Assembly: GCF_035084215.1 (NCBI RefSeq)
Contig: NW_027138407.1
Span: 1,302,001-1,366,000, forward strand
Origin: Heptranchias perlo
Lineage: Eukaryota
Length of the DNA: 64,000 nucleotides
Direction of reading: 5' to 3'
The first letter of the stretch is position 1. The number at the start of each line of letters is the position of its first letter. Below are positions 11,539-25,675 of the stretch, piece after piece. Made by a program: the position numbers and the translations under genes. Below the pieces are notes generated by a model. The model made no database searches. It had not been told where the DNA came from and saw nothing but the letters and a program-made list of their open reading frames with translations.

Positions 11539-12643
11539 GATTCCAGTCTGAACTCCAGAAACAAGAGACTGCCTTTCCTGGGCCTGGGATGGGAGACGCG
11601 AAAACAGCAGGATGATCTCATCAGATTTCTGGGATTTCTTTTTCTGTCCATTTGTTTCTCACAAAAGAATCATTTCTTCAACTGGCTATCCGAGAGCGCC
11701 CTCCTGTGGACAGCACACGCATGCAAATGCAAACACAACAGATGCACTCATTGCAACACACACATGGAGACACAGGGAGATTAATACACACAAATACACA
11801 CACACACACATGCATATGCATATGCATCCACGCCAACATAAACCCAGGTACACATAATAGTTAATATCTGTGGAGATTATTGATGTGCATTGAGCTGTAA
11901 ATTGTTAATGTTGACGGATCGAGAACAAGTGATCAGAGAACGCCCTCCTGTCTGTATTATAATCCTCACATACAGCATTCGACACACAGATATAACCACG
12001 GACAGACGGATAGTAACCGCGTGACTGTGCCTCTCACACGAAGAAAATGCAAATGCCAGACATTATCAGACTCACGAAGGGTTTTGATACAGCAAATAAG
12101 GAGAAACTGTTGCCAGAGGCAGAACTGTCGATAACCAGAGGACACAGATTGAAGGCGATCAGCATAATTGACAGAGGCGACATTTTTTTACTCAGCCTGT
12201 TGGAATGACGTGGAATGCATTGCCTGTAAGGGTGGTGGGAGCAATTTCAATAGTAACTTTCAAAAAGGAATTCGATGGATACTGGAAGGGGAAACATTAA
12301 AAAGATTATCGGGAAAGAGCAGGGTCATGGGACGAATTGGATAGCTCTTTCAAAGAGACGGCACAGGCTCGAGGGGTCGAATGGCCTCCCCATGAGCTGT
12401 ACGTGTTATGATACGAGGACACTATATCTGTCGGTGTGTCTACCTATCTATCTATCTATCTATCTATCTATCGATCCATCTGTTGATCTATGTCTGTCTG
12501 TCTCTCTCCGTGTATCTTTCTATCCATCTTTGCATCTATCTATCTATCTTCTTATCAGTTCTCTACCACGACAATTCAGTAAGAAGAGGTAAGAGACCTG
12601 TGGTAGTTTTTGTACGGTCTGACTGCGCCCCTGTCACACTGTG

Positions 12644-13081
12644 GGTATCATCGCACAGAGATACACGGCAGAGTCAGAGACAAGAGCCCCGGTGATACTT
12701 AAAGGAACCGTTTTCTTGGCTCTGTCCAAATTGGCAGAGAAACGGTCTGTCAAATCTGAAGACTTATCTCCCTGCTCCGCGCTATATCTCTTCAGTAAAT
12801 ATTTCGGAGCTTCCCCGGGATCCTGTATGTACCAGAAGAGAGTTGGGGCATTTCCTGTTGTCAAGTAACTGCAGTTCAGTATTACAGTCTGTCCTTCCTG
12901 AACTGTTAATTCAGGCGGAGCCTGAAACACCGAATCTTCGCCACTCGTTCCTGAAACAAAGTACAAAATGTGTCAAAAGTTTGGGAGTAAATATAATCCA
13001 TGAAACATAAACTGACTATTCAAACAAAGACTCACCGTGCAGCACGATCATTATTATCAGTAAGGAATATGGGAAGCACAT
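12644..13081 (-). CDS. TRAV: Family-A V segment A2
   Basis: Leader 13081-13036; V exon 12950-12644; RSS CACAGTG (12643-12637), 23 bp, ACAAAAACT. Confidence 0.92.
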
Positions 13082-14320
13082 GGTGTGTGCTTTAGATTTC
13101 GACAGAAAATAGCAGAATGTTTTCAATGTGTTGACACTTCTCGTCTGATATTAAAGAGTAAACTCAGCTCAGGGGCAGGCTCCACATGCTGGGAAACTGA
13201 GGGGCGTTTCCCAGGGCTGTGACTGACATCAACTGTGCACCAATCACTGTGCACTAATTAACCGATGGCTCTCTTCAAATGCTTTACTTCCATGTCTGTG
13301 TGTCATTCTCTGCCTCACTCTCTTTCTCTCTGTCTCTCTGTCGGTTTTTCTGTCTCCATGTTGCTTTGTCTCTCTTAGTGTCTGCTTAACTCAGCATCTC
13401 TACCTCCATCCCTCCTTTGTGCCTCTCTCTTGTCCCTCGCCTTGGTTCTCTCTCTCTGTCCGTCTCTTTCTCTCTATCTTTCTCTTTCGCACTCTATCTC
13501 ACCTTAAGTTGTAAAGTGAAACAATTCTAAATTAATCTGAATCCCTGATTTCACTCAGTTCCCTGCACAATCCATGTGCTCCATTAACATTTCCAGTCTA
13601 AAGGCCATAAGAGACAAATGTAACAAATTCAGGCATTTATGCCCCATGTTAGGACAGACCAGCAGGTTTCTGGGCGATATAACACCATCAATCTGTGCAA
13701 TCGAAAGTCCTGAATCTGGTGCCTTTCCATCAGGTCACATCTTTTCAAAGCTGTCTCACCTCAAAGGGCGGCCGCGGGGACGTCACAATTAAAAGCCCTG
13801 GGGTTAGGGTAATAGTGATTGACTGAAATCAGCAATTTACTTTTACAAGTTCAACCCCAGTAGCACCAGCGACAGCTTTGCAGAGGTATGTGTACTCATC
13901 ATGTCCCTAATGGGCTTAAGGCTGTAACCATTAATTGGGCACATGGACTATGGAGGGAACCCTGTGATACCAGGTAGGGAGGCAAATTTGGATATTTTTA
14001 AACTTTTAATCTTAATGGCAGAGAAAGAGAGATAAAAAACGACAGAGACAGAGGGCGAGAGAAAGAGAAACAGGGAGGCAGGTTTGGTTATCTGAATTCG
14101 ACCCTCGATTCCAACGGTAGAGTAATGTTACATTTCCCAACATTGATAGCACTGAACTTAACTGGAGAAAACTGCTCAGCTCAATCTGTATTTTCCCATT
14201 CATTTTGTTTACAAACTCTCGAGAATTCAATCCCTGGTATTTTCTGGAGTTGCAGTCCTTTTGACCATTGACCTCTGCCCTGTTTTTGTCTGAGGACCGA
14301 CGGAACCCTTATTCACTCTG

Positions 14321-14630
14321 GGTCTCAGGGCACAGTAATATACTGCGCTGTCTGTGATCGTCAACCCTTTCATGGATCAGGAAAGAGTGCCTTGTGACTG
14401 GTTGAGATTCACGCTGAAGTGTTCGAAGCTCGCAGCTGCCTCGTTATATCAATAAGTATCGTCTCTGAACAGATACTGAGGGGCTCGGTGGGGACCCTGG
14501 CGGTACCATAACAGGTAATAGATTGTCGCTGAACCCGATACAGAGTAATTACAGGTTATTGCTGAATCTTCATCCTCTTCTCATCCGACTCCTTATTCAG
14601 ACTGAGACACCGAGTCTCCGTTACTCATCC
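14321..14630 (-). pseudogene. TRAV: Family-B V pseudogene B3, leader deleted
   Basis: FR1 TAA; heptamer CAGAGTG; 24-bp spacer; intron jumps into A-upstream sequence at ~14744. Confidence 0.85.
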
Positions 14631-15285
14631 CTCTAAATAAATAAAGGATACGGAGCGGGTTAGTCCGATTATCAAGAAGAGAATTATCACCCGGAGATGT
14701 AGAGGGTAAAATGTCTCACGATTGGGGAATATTGTATGAAGGTTAGTTGAGGACTAATTAACTGATGGCTCTCTCCAAACGCTTTACTTTCCTGTCTGTG
14801 TCTCTGTCTGCCATATTTTCTTTCTCTGTGTCTCTCTCTCAGTCTTTCTGTCTCCCTCTCGCTTTTTCTCTCTTTCGGTCTGCATACCTCTGTGTCGCTA
14901 TCCCCATACCGCACTCAGTCTCTGTCTTTAGCCGCCTGTCTCCTTCTCTCTGTCTGTGACACTCTATTTCTCTGTCTTTCTCTGTTTGTCACTCTCCTTA
15001 TCTCCGTCATTTCTGTGCCTCAATCTCTTCCTCTCTTTATCTCCCTCGCTACCTTTCGCACGCTGGTTTTCTCTCTCTTTCTCTCTCTCTCTTTCATTCA
15101 GGTGACAAGTGAAAAATATCTGAATCAGTCTCGATCCCCGGTACCACGGAGTGCTCTCCACAATCAATGAGCTCCATTAATAGCCACAGTCTTATGGCCA
15201 CGAGGGACATGACAAGTTGACATATCTCTTCAAAGCTGCGGGCGGTACCACTGGATTTGAACTTGTAGCGCAATGTTAGCAATCT

Positions 15286-15450
15286 GTTGACCCTTCTCGT
15301 CTGATATTAAAAAGTAAACTCAGATCAAGGGCAGGATTCACTGATTGGGAAACTGAGGGCCGTTTCCCAGTGACCGGATTGGTTGGTCTCTCAGAACTGA
15401 TGCCAACTGTATACCAATCACAGTTAGTTCTGGACGAATTAACTCATAGC
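15286..15450 (-). promoter_or_regulatory. Orphan family-A promoter
   Basis: A promoter motifs present but no leader or V exon. Confidence 0.65.
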
Positions 15451-16363
15451 TCTCGCCCAACGCTTTCCTTCCCTGTCTGTGTCTGTCTGCCTGTCTCATT
15501 TTCGTTCTCTGTGTTTCTCCTACAATCTTCCTGTCTCCCTCTCGCTTTTCTCTCTTTCCGTCTGCTTATCCCTGTGTCTATAACCCTATACCCCGTCCCT
15601 GTCTCTGATTCTGTCTCCGTCTCTGTCGGTCTGTCTCTCATTTTCTGTCTGTGACACTCTGTTTCTCTCTCATTCTCTATTTCTGTCTGTTACTCTCTTT
15701 TTCTCTGTCAGTTTCTGTGCTCTCTCTGACTCAATCTCTTCCCCCTTTTCTCCCTCTCTCTCTTTTTCCCTCTCTCTCTCTCTATTTCTCTCTCTCATTA
15801 AGATGACAAGTGAAAAATATCTGCAACAGTCTCGATCCCCGGTATCACGAATTTCTCTCCACAATGAATCAGTTCTATTAATAGTCACAGTATTAAAGTC
15901 AAGATGGACACGACAAGTAGACATATCTCTTCAAAGCTGGCGGTAGTAGGACTGGATTTGAACTTGTACCAGTAAAGTGCTGATTTCAGCCAGTCACTAT
16001 TTCTAACCCTTCGGATCCCACGAGCTTTGAAGAGTGAAGCCCCTGAGGCCGCCCTTTGAGATGAGACAGTTTCTGAATGATGTGACCCATCGGATCTGCA
16101 CCATATACAGACATTTTATTTTTACAGATAGATCCTGTTATCCATCCCAGAGATTTGCAAGTCGATGCTAACAAGTTGCTGGACATGTTTGCATTTGACC
16201 CTGGATTAAATGGTTGAGAAATATCACATTTCCCAACAATGACAGCACTGACCTTAACTGGAGAAAACCACTTGAATCAGCCTGGGAATAATCATGCGGA
16301 GGTGGAGTTGCGAAAATGTATCAGGATTGGGGAATATTGTTAGAAGGTTCCAATATCACCGAC

Positions 16364-16409
16364 CTGTGATCAGGACAATAACCAGAGTCAGGCAAAGTTC
16401 CACCTGCAT
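16364..16409 (-). pseudogene. Orphan family-B leader O1
   Basis: MQVELCLTLVIVLIT with GTCGGT donor; V exon deleted at junction ~16284. Confidence 0.75.
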
Positions 16410-17324
16410 GATTCCAGTCTGAACTCCAGAAACAAGAAACTGCCTTTAAAGGCCTGAGATTGGAGACGCTAAAACAGCAAAGGGATCACATCAGATGTTC
16501 TGGGATTTCCTTTACTGCCCATTTGCGTCTCTCGAAACAATCATTCCCTGTAGATGGCGTTCAGAGTGCGCCCTCCTGTGGACAGTACAAGCCTCACACG
16601 GTTCATTTTAAAAACAATTACAACAGATATACTCATAAACACACACACACAGACAGAAAGAATAACACACACAGATACAGACACACACACATATGCATAT
16701 GCATATACGCTAACATAAATCCGGATACACATAATGGTTGATATCTGTGGAGATTATTTATGTGCTTTCGGCTGTAATTTCGTAAAGATGTCTGATCTTT
16801 AACAAGTGTGCAGAATACGCCCTCCTGTGTATATTATAACCTCGCATACAGAATTCGACACACAGAACAAATCGCGGACAGACAGTCACTAACTGCTTGA
16901 CTGTGCCTCTCACATGAAGAAAATGCAAAGACCAGCCATAACATGACTCATGGACGGATTTGATGGTTAAATAAGGAGAAATTGTTTCCAATGGTAGAAG
17001 GGTCGGTAACCAGAGGGCACAGATTTAAGGTGATCTGCAAAATTGCCAGAGGCAACATGAGAAAACATACGCAGCGAGTTGTTATGCTCTGGATTGCGCT
17101 GCCTGAAATAGTGGTGGAAGCAGATTCCGAAGCAACTTTCAAAAGAGATTTAGATAAATACTTGAAGGGAAAATATTTAAAGTGCTATGGACAAAGAGGA
17201 GGGTAATGGTACTAATTGGATAGCTCTTTCAAAGAGTCGGCACAGGCACAATGGGCCAAATGGCCTCCACATGTGCTATACCTACTATGATATTATGCCT
17301 GTCGTGCATCAATCGATGGATCGA

Positions 17325-17568
17325 ACTATCTACCTATTTTTCTTTTCATATATTTATCTATCTATCATCTATCTATCCATCTATTTCGCTATCTTTCTAT
17401 ATATCTATCTATCAGTTATCTATCTATCTATCCACCTATCTATCCATCTATCTATCTATTTATCTGCCTATCTATCTATATATCTATCATTCTATCTACC
17501 CAACTACCTATCTATCCATATCTATCCATCTCCTATCTATAGATCTATCTTTCTTTCTATCTACCTTT
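17325..17568. repeat. (TATC)n microsatellite
   Basis: Largest of the TATC tracts lying just 3' of family-A RSSs. Confidence 0.9.
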
Positions 17569-17657
17569 CAGTTCACCTAGTGCGCCAATTCAGTGAGAGG
17601 AGGATAGAGTCTTTTGCTGGTTTTTGTACGGACTGACTGCGCCCCTGCAACAATGTG

Positions 17658-18095
17658 AGGCTCATCGCACAGAGATACACGGCAGAGTCAGGGACAAGAG
17701 CTCCGGTGATATTTAAAGGAACGGTTTTCTTGGCTTTGTCCAAATTAGCAGAGAACCGGTCTGCGAAATCTGAAGACTTATCTCCCTCCCCCGAGCTGTA
17801 TCTCCTCAGCAAGTATCTCGGAGCTTCCCCGGGATACTGGATGTACCAGAAGAGAGTGGGGGTCCTGTTTATTGTCGAGTAACTACAGTTCAGTATTACA
17901 GTCTCTTCTTCCTGAACCGTTAATTCAGGCGGATCCTGGGACACTGAGTCTTCGCCACACGTTCCTGTAACAAAATACAGAATGTGTCAAAAGTCTGGGA
18001 TTAAATATTACCCATGAAACACACACGGATCATTTAAACATAGACTCACCGGGCATCACGACCAGTATTATCAGTAAGGAACCTTGGAAGAACAT
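17658..18095 (-). CDS. TRAV: Family-A V segment A3
   Basis: Leader 18095-18050 MFFQGSLLIILVVMP; V exon 17964-17658; RSS CACATTG, 23 bp, ACAAAAACC. Confidence 0.88.
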
Positions 18096-19241
18096 GATGT
18101 GTGGTTTAGATTTCGACAGAAAAATAGCGGAATGTTTTCAACATGGTGACACTTCTGGCCTGATGTTGAAGAGTAAACTCAGATCAGAGCCATGATTCAC
18201 TTATTGGGAGACTGAGGGGCGTTTCCGAAGAACCAGATTGGCTGGTCTTTCTGAACTGATGCCAGCTGTGCACCAATTGCAGTTAATTGTGGACTAATCA
18301 ATTGATGGCTCGCTCCAAACGTTTTCCTTCGCTGTCTGTGTCTGTCCGTCTGTCTCATTTAAGTTCTTTGCATCTCTCTGTCAACTTTCTGTCTCCCTCT
18401 CGCTTTTTCTCCCTTTCTGTATGCTTACCTCTGTGTCTCTATCCTTATACCCCATTCTAACTCTGTTTCCATCTCGACCCGCCTGTCCCTCTCTCTCCGT
18501 GAAACTCTATTTCTCTATCTTTCCATATTTGTGTCTCGGTCTGCTTCTCTCTTAATCAACGTCAGTTTCTATGCGTCTCTCTGCATCAATCTCTTCCTCT
18601 CTTTCTCGATCTCTCTCTCTCTGTCCCACTCTCTTTCTCTGTCTCTCCCTGTGGCTGTCTCTCTTTCTCTCTCTCACATTAAGGTGACAAGTGAAAAATA
18701 TCTGAATCAGTCTCGATCTCCGGTATCACGGAATTCTCTCCACTGTCAATCAACTCCATTAATAGTCGTAGTCTTAACGTCACGAGGGACATGACAATTA
18801 GAGAAATCCCTTGAAAGATGACGGCGGTACCACTGGATTTGAACTTGTACCAGTAAAGTGCTGATTTCAGTCAGTCATTATTTCAAACCCTTCGGGTCCC
18901 AGGAGCTTTGAAGAGAGACGCCCCTGTGGCCGCTTTGAGATGAGACAGCTTCTGAACGATGTGACCCGACGGATCTGCAACAGATCCAGGACTTTTACTT
19001 GTACAGTTTGATCCTGTTATTCATCCCAGAGATCTGCAAGTTGTTGCTAACACGGAGCTGGAATCGTCTGAATTTGACCCTGGTTTAAGTAGTTGATAAA
19101 TGTCACATTTCCGAACAGTGACAGCACTGACCTCAACTAGAGAAAACCCTTTAATCAGCCTAGGAATAATCATCCAGAGATAGAGATGCGAAAATGTATC
19201 AGGATTGGGGAATATTGTTGGAAGGTTCCAATATCACCGAA

Positions 19242-19287
19242 CTGTGATCAGGACAATAACCAGAGTCAGGCACAGTTCCACCTCCAT
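19242..19287 (-). pseudogene. Orphan family-B leader O2
   Basis: Donor mutated to TTCGGT; V exon deleted. Confidence 0.7.
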
Positions 19288-20260
19288 GATTCCAGTCTGA
19301 ACTCCATAAAAAAGCGACTAACTTTACAGGGCCTGCGATGAGAAAGAGCAAAGGGATATCATCAGATGGTCTGGGATTTCTTTTTCTGCCTATTTGTGTC
19401 TCTCGAAACAATAATTTCCTGCAGATGACGATCAGGGAGCGCCATCCTGCGGACAGCACAAGCCTCACACAGTTCATTGCAAATACAAACACAACAGATA
19501 CACTCACAGAGACACAGCGAGATTAACACACACAAACACAGACACACGCACATATGCAAACAGGCCAACATAATCACAGATGCACATAATGGTTGATACC
19601 TGTGGAAATTATTGACGTGCATTCAGCTGTAAATTGTTAAAAATGACTGATGTTTAACAAGTGATCAGAGAACGCTGTCCTGTGTATATTATAATCATCA
19701 CATACAGCATTCGTCACACAGACACAACCACGGACAGACAGACACTAACGGCTTGACTGTGCCTCACACATGAAGAAAATGCAAAGACCAGCCATTACGT
19801 GACTCATGGTCGGTTTTGATACTGCAAATACAGAGAAATTGTTTCCAATGGTAGAAGGGTCGGTAACCAGAGGACACAGCTTTATGGTGATCCGCAAAAT
19901 TGCCAGAGGCAACATGAGGAAACATTTTTTGCAGCGATTTGTCATGACCTGGAATGCACTGCCATGATATACATGAAGGGGAAATATTTAAAGGGCTTTG
20001 GGGAAAGAGCAGGGTAACGGGATCGATTTGATCGCCTTTTTAAAGAGCCGCCACAGGCACGATGGGCCGAATGGCATCATCCTGTGCTTTACTTACTCTG
20101 ATACCAAGATACTATGATACTGTGTCCGTCGGTGCTCATTATATCTATCTCGCTATCTTTCTGTCTACCTATCAGTTCACCAGCGCACCAATTCAGTGAG
20201 AGGAGATGAGAGACCTTTGCTCGTTTTTGTACGGTCTGACTGCGCCCCTGTAACAGTGTG

Positions 20261-20697
20261 TGCTGCATGGCACAGAGATACACGGCAGAGTCAGGGACAA
20301 GAGCCCCGGCGATACTTAAAGGAACCGTTTTCTTGGCTTTGTCCAAATTAGCAGAGAACCGTTCTGGGAAATCTGAAGACTTGTCTCGCTGTCCCGAGCT
20401 ATATATCTTCAATAAATATCTCGGAGCTTCCCCGGGATATTGGATGTACCAGAAGAAATTTGGTTCAGTGTATGTTGCCAAGTAACTACAGTTCAGTATT
20501 ACGGTCTGTCCTTCCTGAACTCTTAATTCAGGCGGACCCTGGAACACTGAATCTTTGCCACTCGTCCCTGTAACAAATTAAAAATGTGTCAAAAGTCTGA
20601 GAGTAAATGCAATCCATGAAACACACACTGACCATTTAAACATAGACTCACCGGGCAGCACCATCATTATTATCAGTAAGGAACATGGGGAGCACAT
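20261..20697 (-). CDS. TRAV: Family-A V segment A4
   Basis: Leader 20697-20652; V exon 20567-20261; RSS CACACTG, 23 bp, ACAAAAACG. Confidence 0.9.
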
Positions 20698-21846
20698 GGT
20701 GTGTGGTTTAGAGTTCGACAGAAAGTAGCGGAATATTTGCAATACGTTGACAATTCAAGTCTGATATTAAAGAGTAAACTCAGATCAGGGGCAGAATTCA
20801 CTTATTGGAAAACTAAGGGGCGTTTCCCAGGGACCGGATTGGCTGGTCTCTCAGAACTGATGCCAGCTAAGCATCAATCACAGTTAGTTGTGGACTAATT
20901 AACTGATGGCTCTCTCATCACGCTTTCCTTCTCTGTCCGTGTCTGCCTGTCTCATTTTCGTTCCTTGTGTCTCTCTGTCAATCGTTTTGTCTCCCTCTCG
21001 CTTTTTCTCTCTTTCTGTCTACTTACCTCTATGTCTCTAACCCTTTACCCCGACATCTGTCCCTGTCTCTGTCCGTCTGTCTCTCTCTTCATGTCTGTGA
21101 CACTCTATTTCTCTGTCCTTCTCTATTTCTGTCTGTTACTCTATTTTTCTCTGTCAGTTCTATGCCTCTCTCTGCCTCAATCTCTTCCTTTCTTTCTCGC
21201 TTTCTCTCTCTGTCCCACTCTCTTTCCCTGTCTCTCTCTGGACCTCCCTCTTTCTTTCTCTCCCTCTCTCTCACGCTCTCATTAAGGTGACATGTGAATA
21301 ATATCTGAATCAGTCTCGATCCCCGGTACCACAGAGTTCCCTCCACAATCAATGAGCTCCATTAATAGTCACAGTCTTAAGGTGACGAGGGACATGACAA
21401 GTAGACATATCTCTTGATAGCTGCCGGTGGTAGAACTGGTTTTGAACCCGTACCAGTAAAGTGCTGATTTCAGTCAGTCACTATTTCTCACCCTTTGCAT
21501 CCCAGGAGCTCTGAAGAGTGAGGCCCTGAGGCCGCACTTTGAGTTGAGACAGCTTCTGAACGAAGTGACCCGACGGACCTGCACCAGATCCAGGACATTT
21601 ACTTGGACAGATTGATCCTGTTATTCATCCCAGAGATCTACAAGTCGGTGCTAACAGGGGGCTGGAGATGTCTGAATTTGACCCTGGATTAAGTGGGTGA
21701 GAAATGTCACATTTCCCAACACTGACAGCACTGAGCGTAACTGGAGAAAACCGTTTGAATCAGCCTGGGAATAATCATCCGGAGATGGAGATGGGAAAAT
21801 ATATCAGGATTGGGGAAAATTGTTGGAAGTTTCCAATATCACCGAC

Positions 21847-21892
21847 CTGTGAACAGGACAATAAACAGAGTCGGGCAGAGTTTCACCTCCAT
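21847..21892 (-). pseudogene. Orphan family-B leader O3
   Basis: MEVKLCPTLFIVLFT with GTCGGT donor; V exon deleted. Confidence 0.75.
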
Positions 21893-23006
21893 GATTCCAG
21901 TCTGAACTCCAGAAACAAGAGCTTGCCTTTGCCGGGCCTGGGATGGGAGACGCTGAAAGAGCAAAAGGATCTCATCAGATGTTCTGGGATTTCTTTATCT
22001 GCCCATTTGTGTCTCTCGAAACAATCATTCCATGGAGATGGCGTTCAGAGTGCGCCCTCCTGTGGACAGCCTAAGCCTCACACAGTTCATTGCTGAAACA
22101 ATCACAACAGATTTACTCATAAACACACACAACGGGACAGAGAGAATAACACACACAAGTACAGACACACACACATATGCAAATGCATACACGCCAACAT
22201 AAACCCAGATTCACCTAATGATTGATATCTGTGGAGATTATTGATGTGCATTCAGCTCTAAATTGCAAACAATGACTGATCTTTAACAAGTGATCAGCCC
22301 TCCTGTATACAATATAATACTCGCATACAGCGTTAGATACACAGATACAACCACGGACAGACAGACATTAAACGCTTGACTGTGCCTCTCATATGAAGAA
22401 AATGCAAAGACCAGCCATGACATGACCCATGAACGGTTTTGATAGTGTAAATAAGTAAATTGTTTCCAATGGTAGATGGGTCGGTAACCGGAGGACACAG
22501 ATTTAAGGTGATCTGCAAAATTGCCAGAGGCGACATGACGAAACATTTTTTTCCCAGCGAGTTGTTATGATTTGGAATACACTGCCTGAAAGGGTGGTAG
22601 AAGCGGATTCAATGGTAAATTTCAAAAGTGAATTCGATAAATACTTGAATGGAAAACGTTTAAAGTGCTATGGGGAAAGCGCATGATAATGGGATTGATT
22701 GGATTGCTCTTTGAAAGAGACGGCACAGGCTCGAGGGCCCGAATGGCCTGCGCCTGTGCTGTACCTGCTGTGATACTATGTCTGTCGTGCATCGATCGAT
22801 GGATCTATCTATCTATTTATCTATCTATCCATCTATCTATCTGCCTATCTACCCATCCATCCACCTCCTATCTATCTATCATCTGTCTATCTATCTATCT
22901 ATCGATCTATCTATCTATCAGTTCACGAGCGCACCAATTCATTGAGCGGAGGTGAGACACTTTTGCTGGTTTTTGTACAGTCTGACTGCGCCCCTGTAAC
23001 AGTGTG

Positions 23007-23444
23007 TGCTCCATGGCACAGAGATACACGGCAGAGTCAGTGATAAAGGCCCCGGTGATACTTAAAGGAACCGTTTTTTTGGCTTTGTCCAAATTAGCAG
23101 AGAACCGGTCTGCAAAATCTGAAGATTTATCTCCCTGCTCTGCGCTATATCTCTTCAGTAAATATCTCGGAGCATCCCCTGGATTCTGGATGTACCAGAA
23201 GAGAGCTGAGGGAGCGTATGCTGCCGAGTAACTGCAGTTCAGTATTGCAGTCTCTCCTTCCTCAACCGTTAATTCAGGCGGATTCTGTAACACTAAATCT
23301 TCACCACTCGTTCCTGTAACAAAATACAGAATGTGTCAAAAGTCTGGGAGTAAACATAATCCATGAAACACACACTGACCATTTGCACATAGACTCACCG
23401 GGCAGCACGATCACTATTATCAGTAAGAAACATGCGGAGCACAT
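23007..23444 (-). CDS. TRAV: Family-A V segment A5
   Basis: Leader 23444-23399; V exon 23313-23007; RSS CACACTG, 23 bp, ACAAAAACC. Confidence 0.9.
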
Positions 23445-24611
23445 GGTGTGTGGTTTAGAGTTCGACAGAAAATAGCGGAATGTTTTCAATATGTTGACCC
23501 TTCTTATCTGATATTAAAGAGTAAACTCAGATCAGGGCCAGGATTCACTTATTGGAAAACTAAGGGGCGTTTCCCAGGGACCGGATTGGCTGGTCTCTCA
23601 GAACTGATGCCATCTGTGCACCAATCACAGCTAGTTGTGGACTAATTAACTGATGGCATTCTCCTGACTCTTTCTTTCCCTGTCTCATTTTCGTTCTCTG
23701 TGTCTCTCTGTCAATCTTCCCGTCTCGGTCTCGCTTTTTCTCCCTTTTTGTCTGCTCACCTCTGTGTCTCTGTCCCCATACCCCACTCTATCTCTGCCTC
23801 AGTCTTTATCCGCCTGCCTCTCTGTCTGTCGGTGACATTCTATTTCTCTGTCTTTCTCCGTCTGTCACTCTCTTTATCGTCGCCTATGCCTCTCTCTGCC
23901 TCAATCTCTTCCTCTCTTTATCTCCTTCCCTACCATTCGCACTCTCTCTCTCTGTCTCCCTCTGCTTCTTTCTCTCTCTCAATCATTCTCTCTCTCATTC
24001 TCTCTCTCATTCAGGTGACAAGTGAAAAAGATCTGAATCAGTCTCGACCCCCGGTATCACGGAGTTCTCTCCATAATCAATTAGCTCCATTAATAGTCAC
24101 AGTCTTAAGGTCACGAGGGACACAGACCTCTTCAATGCCGCGGGCGGCACCATTGGATCTGAACTTGTACCAGTAAAGTGCTGATTTCAGTCAATCACTA
24201 TTCCTAACCCTTCTGATCCCAGGAGCTTTGAAGAGTGAAGTCTCTGAGGCCGCCCTTTGAGATGAGACAGCATCTGAACGATGTGACCCGACGGATCTGC
24301 ACCAGATACAGGACTTTTACTTGTACAGATTGTTCCAATTATCCATCCCAGAGATCTGCAAGTCGGTGCTAACAGGGGGCTGGAAATGTCTGAATTTCAG
24401 ATGGATTAAGTGGGTGAGAAATGTCACATTTCCCAACACTGACAGCACTGACCGTAAGAAGAGAAAACCGCTCGGAACAGGTTGTATTTTCGCATTCATC
24501 TCCTGTACAAATACTCTGGGATTCAATCCGTGTTATTTTCCTCGATCCCACCCTTAACGCCGATCTGTGCCCTGTTTTTGTATGAGTCCCGAGGGACCCT
24601 TATTCACTGTG

Positions 24612-25095
24612 GGTCTCAGTGCACAGTAATACACGGCGCTGTCTGTGATCTTCAAGCGTTTCACGGACAAGTGAAAAGTGCCCTCTTTCTGGTTGAGATG
24701 CGCTCTGAAGTGTTGAAAACCTGAAGCCGTGTCGTTATACCCATAACTGTCGGCTCTGAGCATATACTGAGGGGCTCGGTGGGGATACTGGCGGTACCAG
24801 AACAGGTAATAGCTTGTAGCTGAACCCGATACAGAGTAACTACAGGTTATTGCTGAATCTGCATCCTCTTCTGATTCGACTCCTTGTTCTGACTGGGACA
24901 CCGAGTCTCCGTTACTCATCTCTGCAAATAAACAGTGGAGACAAGGCGGGTTATACGGAGGGACAGACAGTGAATAATCCCCTGGAGAAGGAGATTGGAC
25001 ATTTTATGAGAAGTGGAGAATATTGTAGGAAGTTTCCAATATCACCGACCTGTGATCAGGACAATAACCAGAGTCAGGCAAAGTTTCATCTCCAT
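24612..25095 (-). CDS. TRAV: Family-B V segment B4, open reading frame
   Basis: Leader 25095-25050 MEMKLCLTLVIVLIT (donor GTCGGT); V exon 24921-24612 ending DSAVYYCALRP; RSS CACAGTG (24611-24605), 23 bp, ACAAAAACA. Confidence 0.87.
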
Positions 25096-25329
25096 GGTAT
25101 CAGTCACACCTCCAGAAACAAGATAGTGAGTGATCACTGCCTTTACCGGGCCCGGCATGGGAGAAACTAAAACAGAGTGGGGATTTCATCAGATGTTCTG
25201 GGATGTCTTCTCCCCGCCCATTTGTATTTTTCTGAATAATCACTTCCTGTAAAAAGGATCATGATGTTTAACAAGTGATCAGAGAGCGCCCTCCTGTGAA
25301 CAGCACAAGCCTCACATAGAACATTGGAA

Positions 25330-25675
25330 ATACTCACAGATACAGAGAAACACGAACACAAACGCACATAACACGCACACACAGTTCAACATATACACAA
25401 ACACAGATAAAGATACACACAAACACACATAACACAAACACAAAAGCACAAACAGGCACATACACAAGCACACACCCACCTACAAACACAGACAAACACA
25501 CACACACAAACATAGATAAACAACACATGAACGCAAATTAACACACAGAGATAAACACGCAGATGCACAAACACATACATACACCACACACAAACACAGA
25601 TAAACACAGACACAGGCACAGAGAAACACAAACAGACACAGACAGGTAAACACCTTCAGACACACACACCACACC
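25330..25675. repeat. CA-rich degenerate microsatellite
   Basis: Also at ~41700-42030 and ~50160-50410, always upstream of an open B copy. Confidence 0.85.

Noticed and set aside
16270-16300. B-exon deletion as a germline RAG event
   Set aside because: Breakpoints lie ~90 bp beyond the nonamer and within the intron, not at the heptamer
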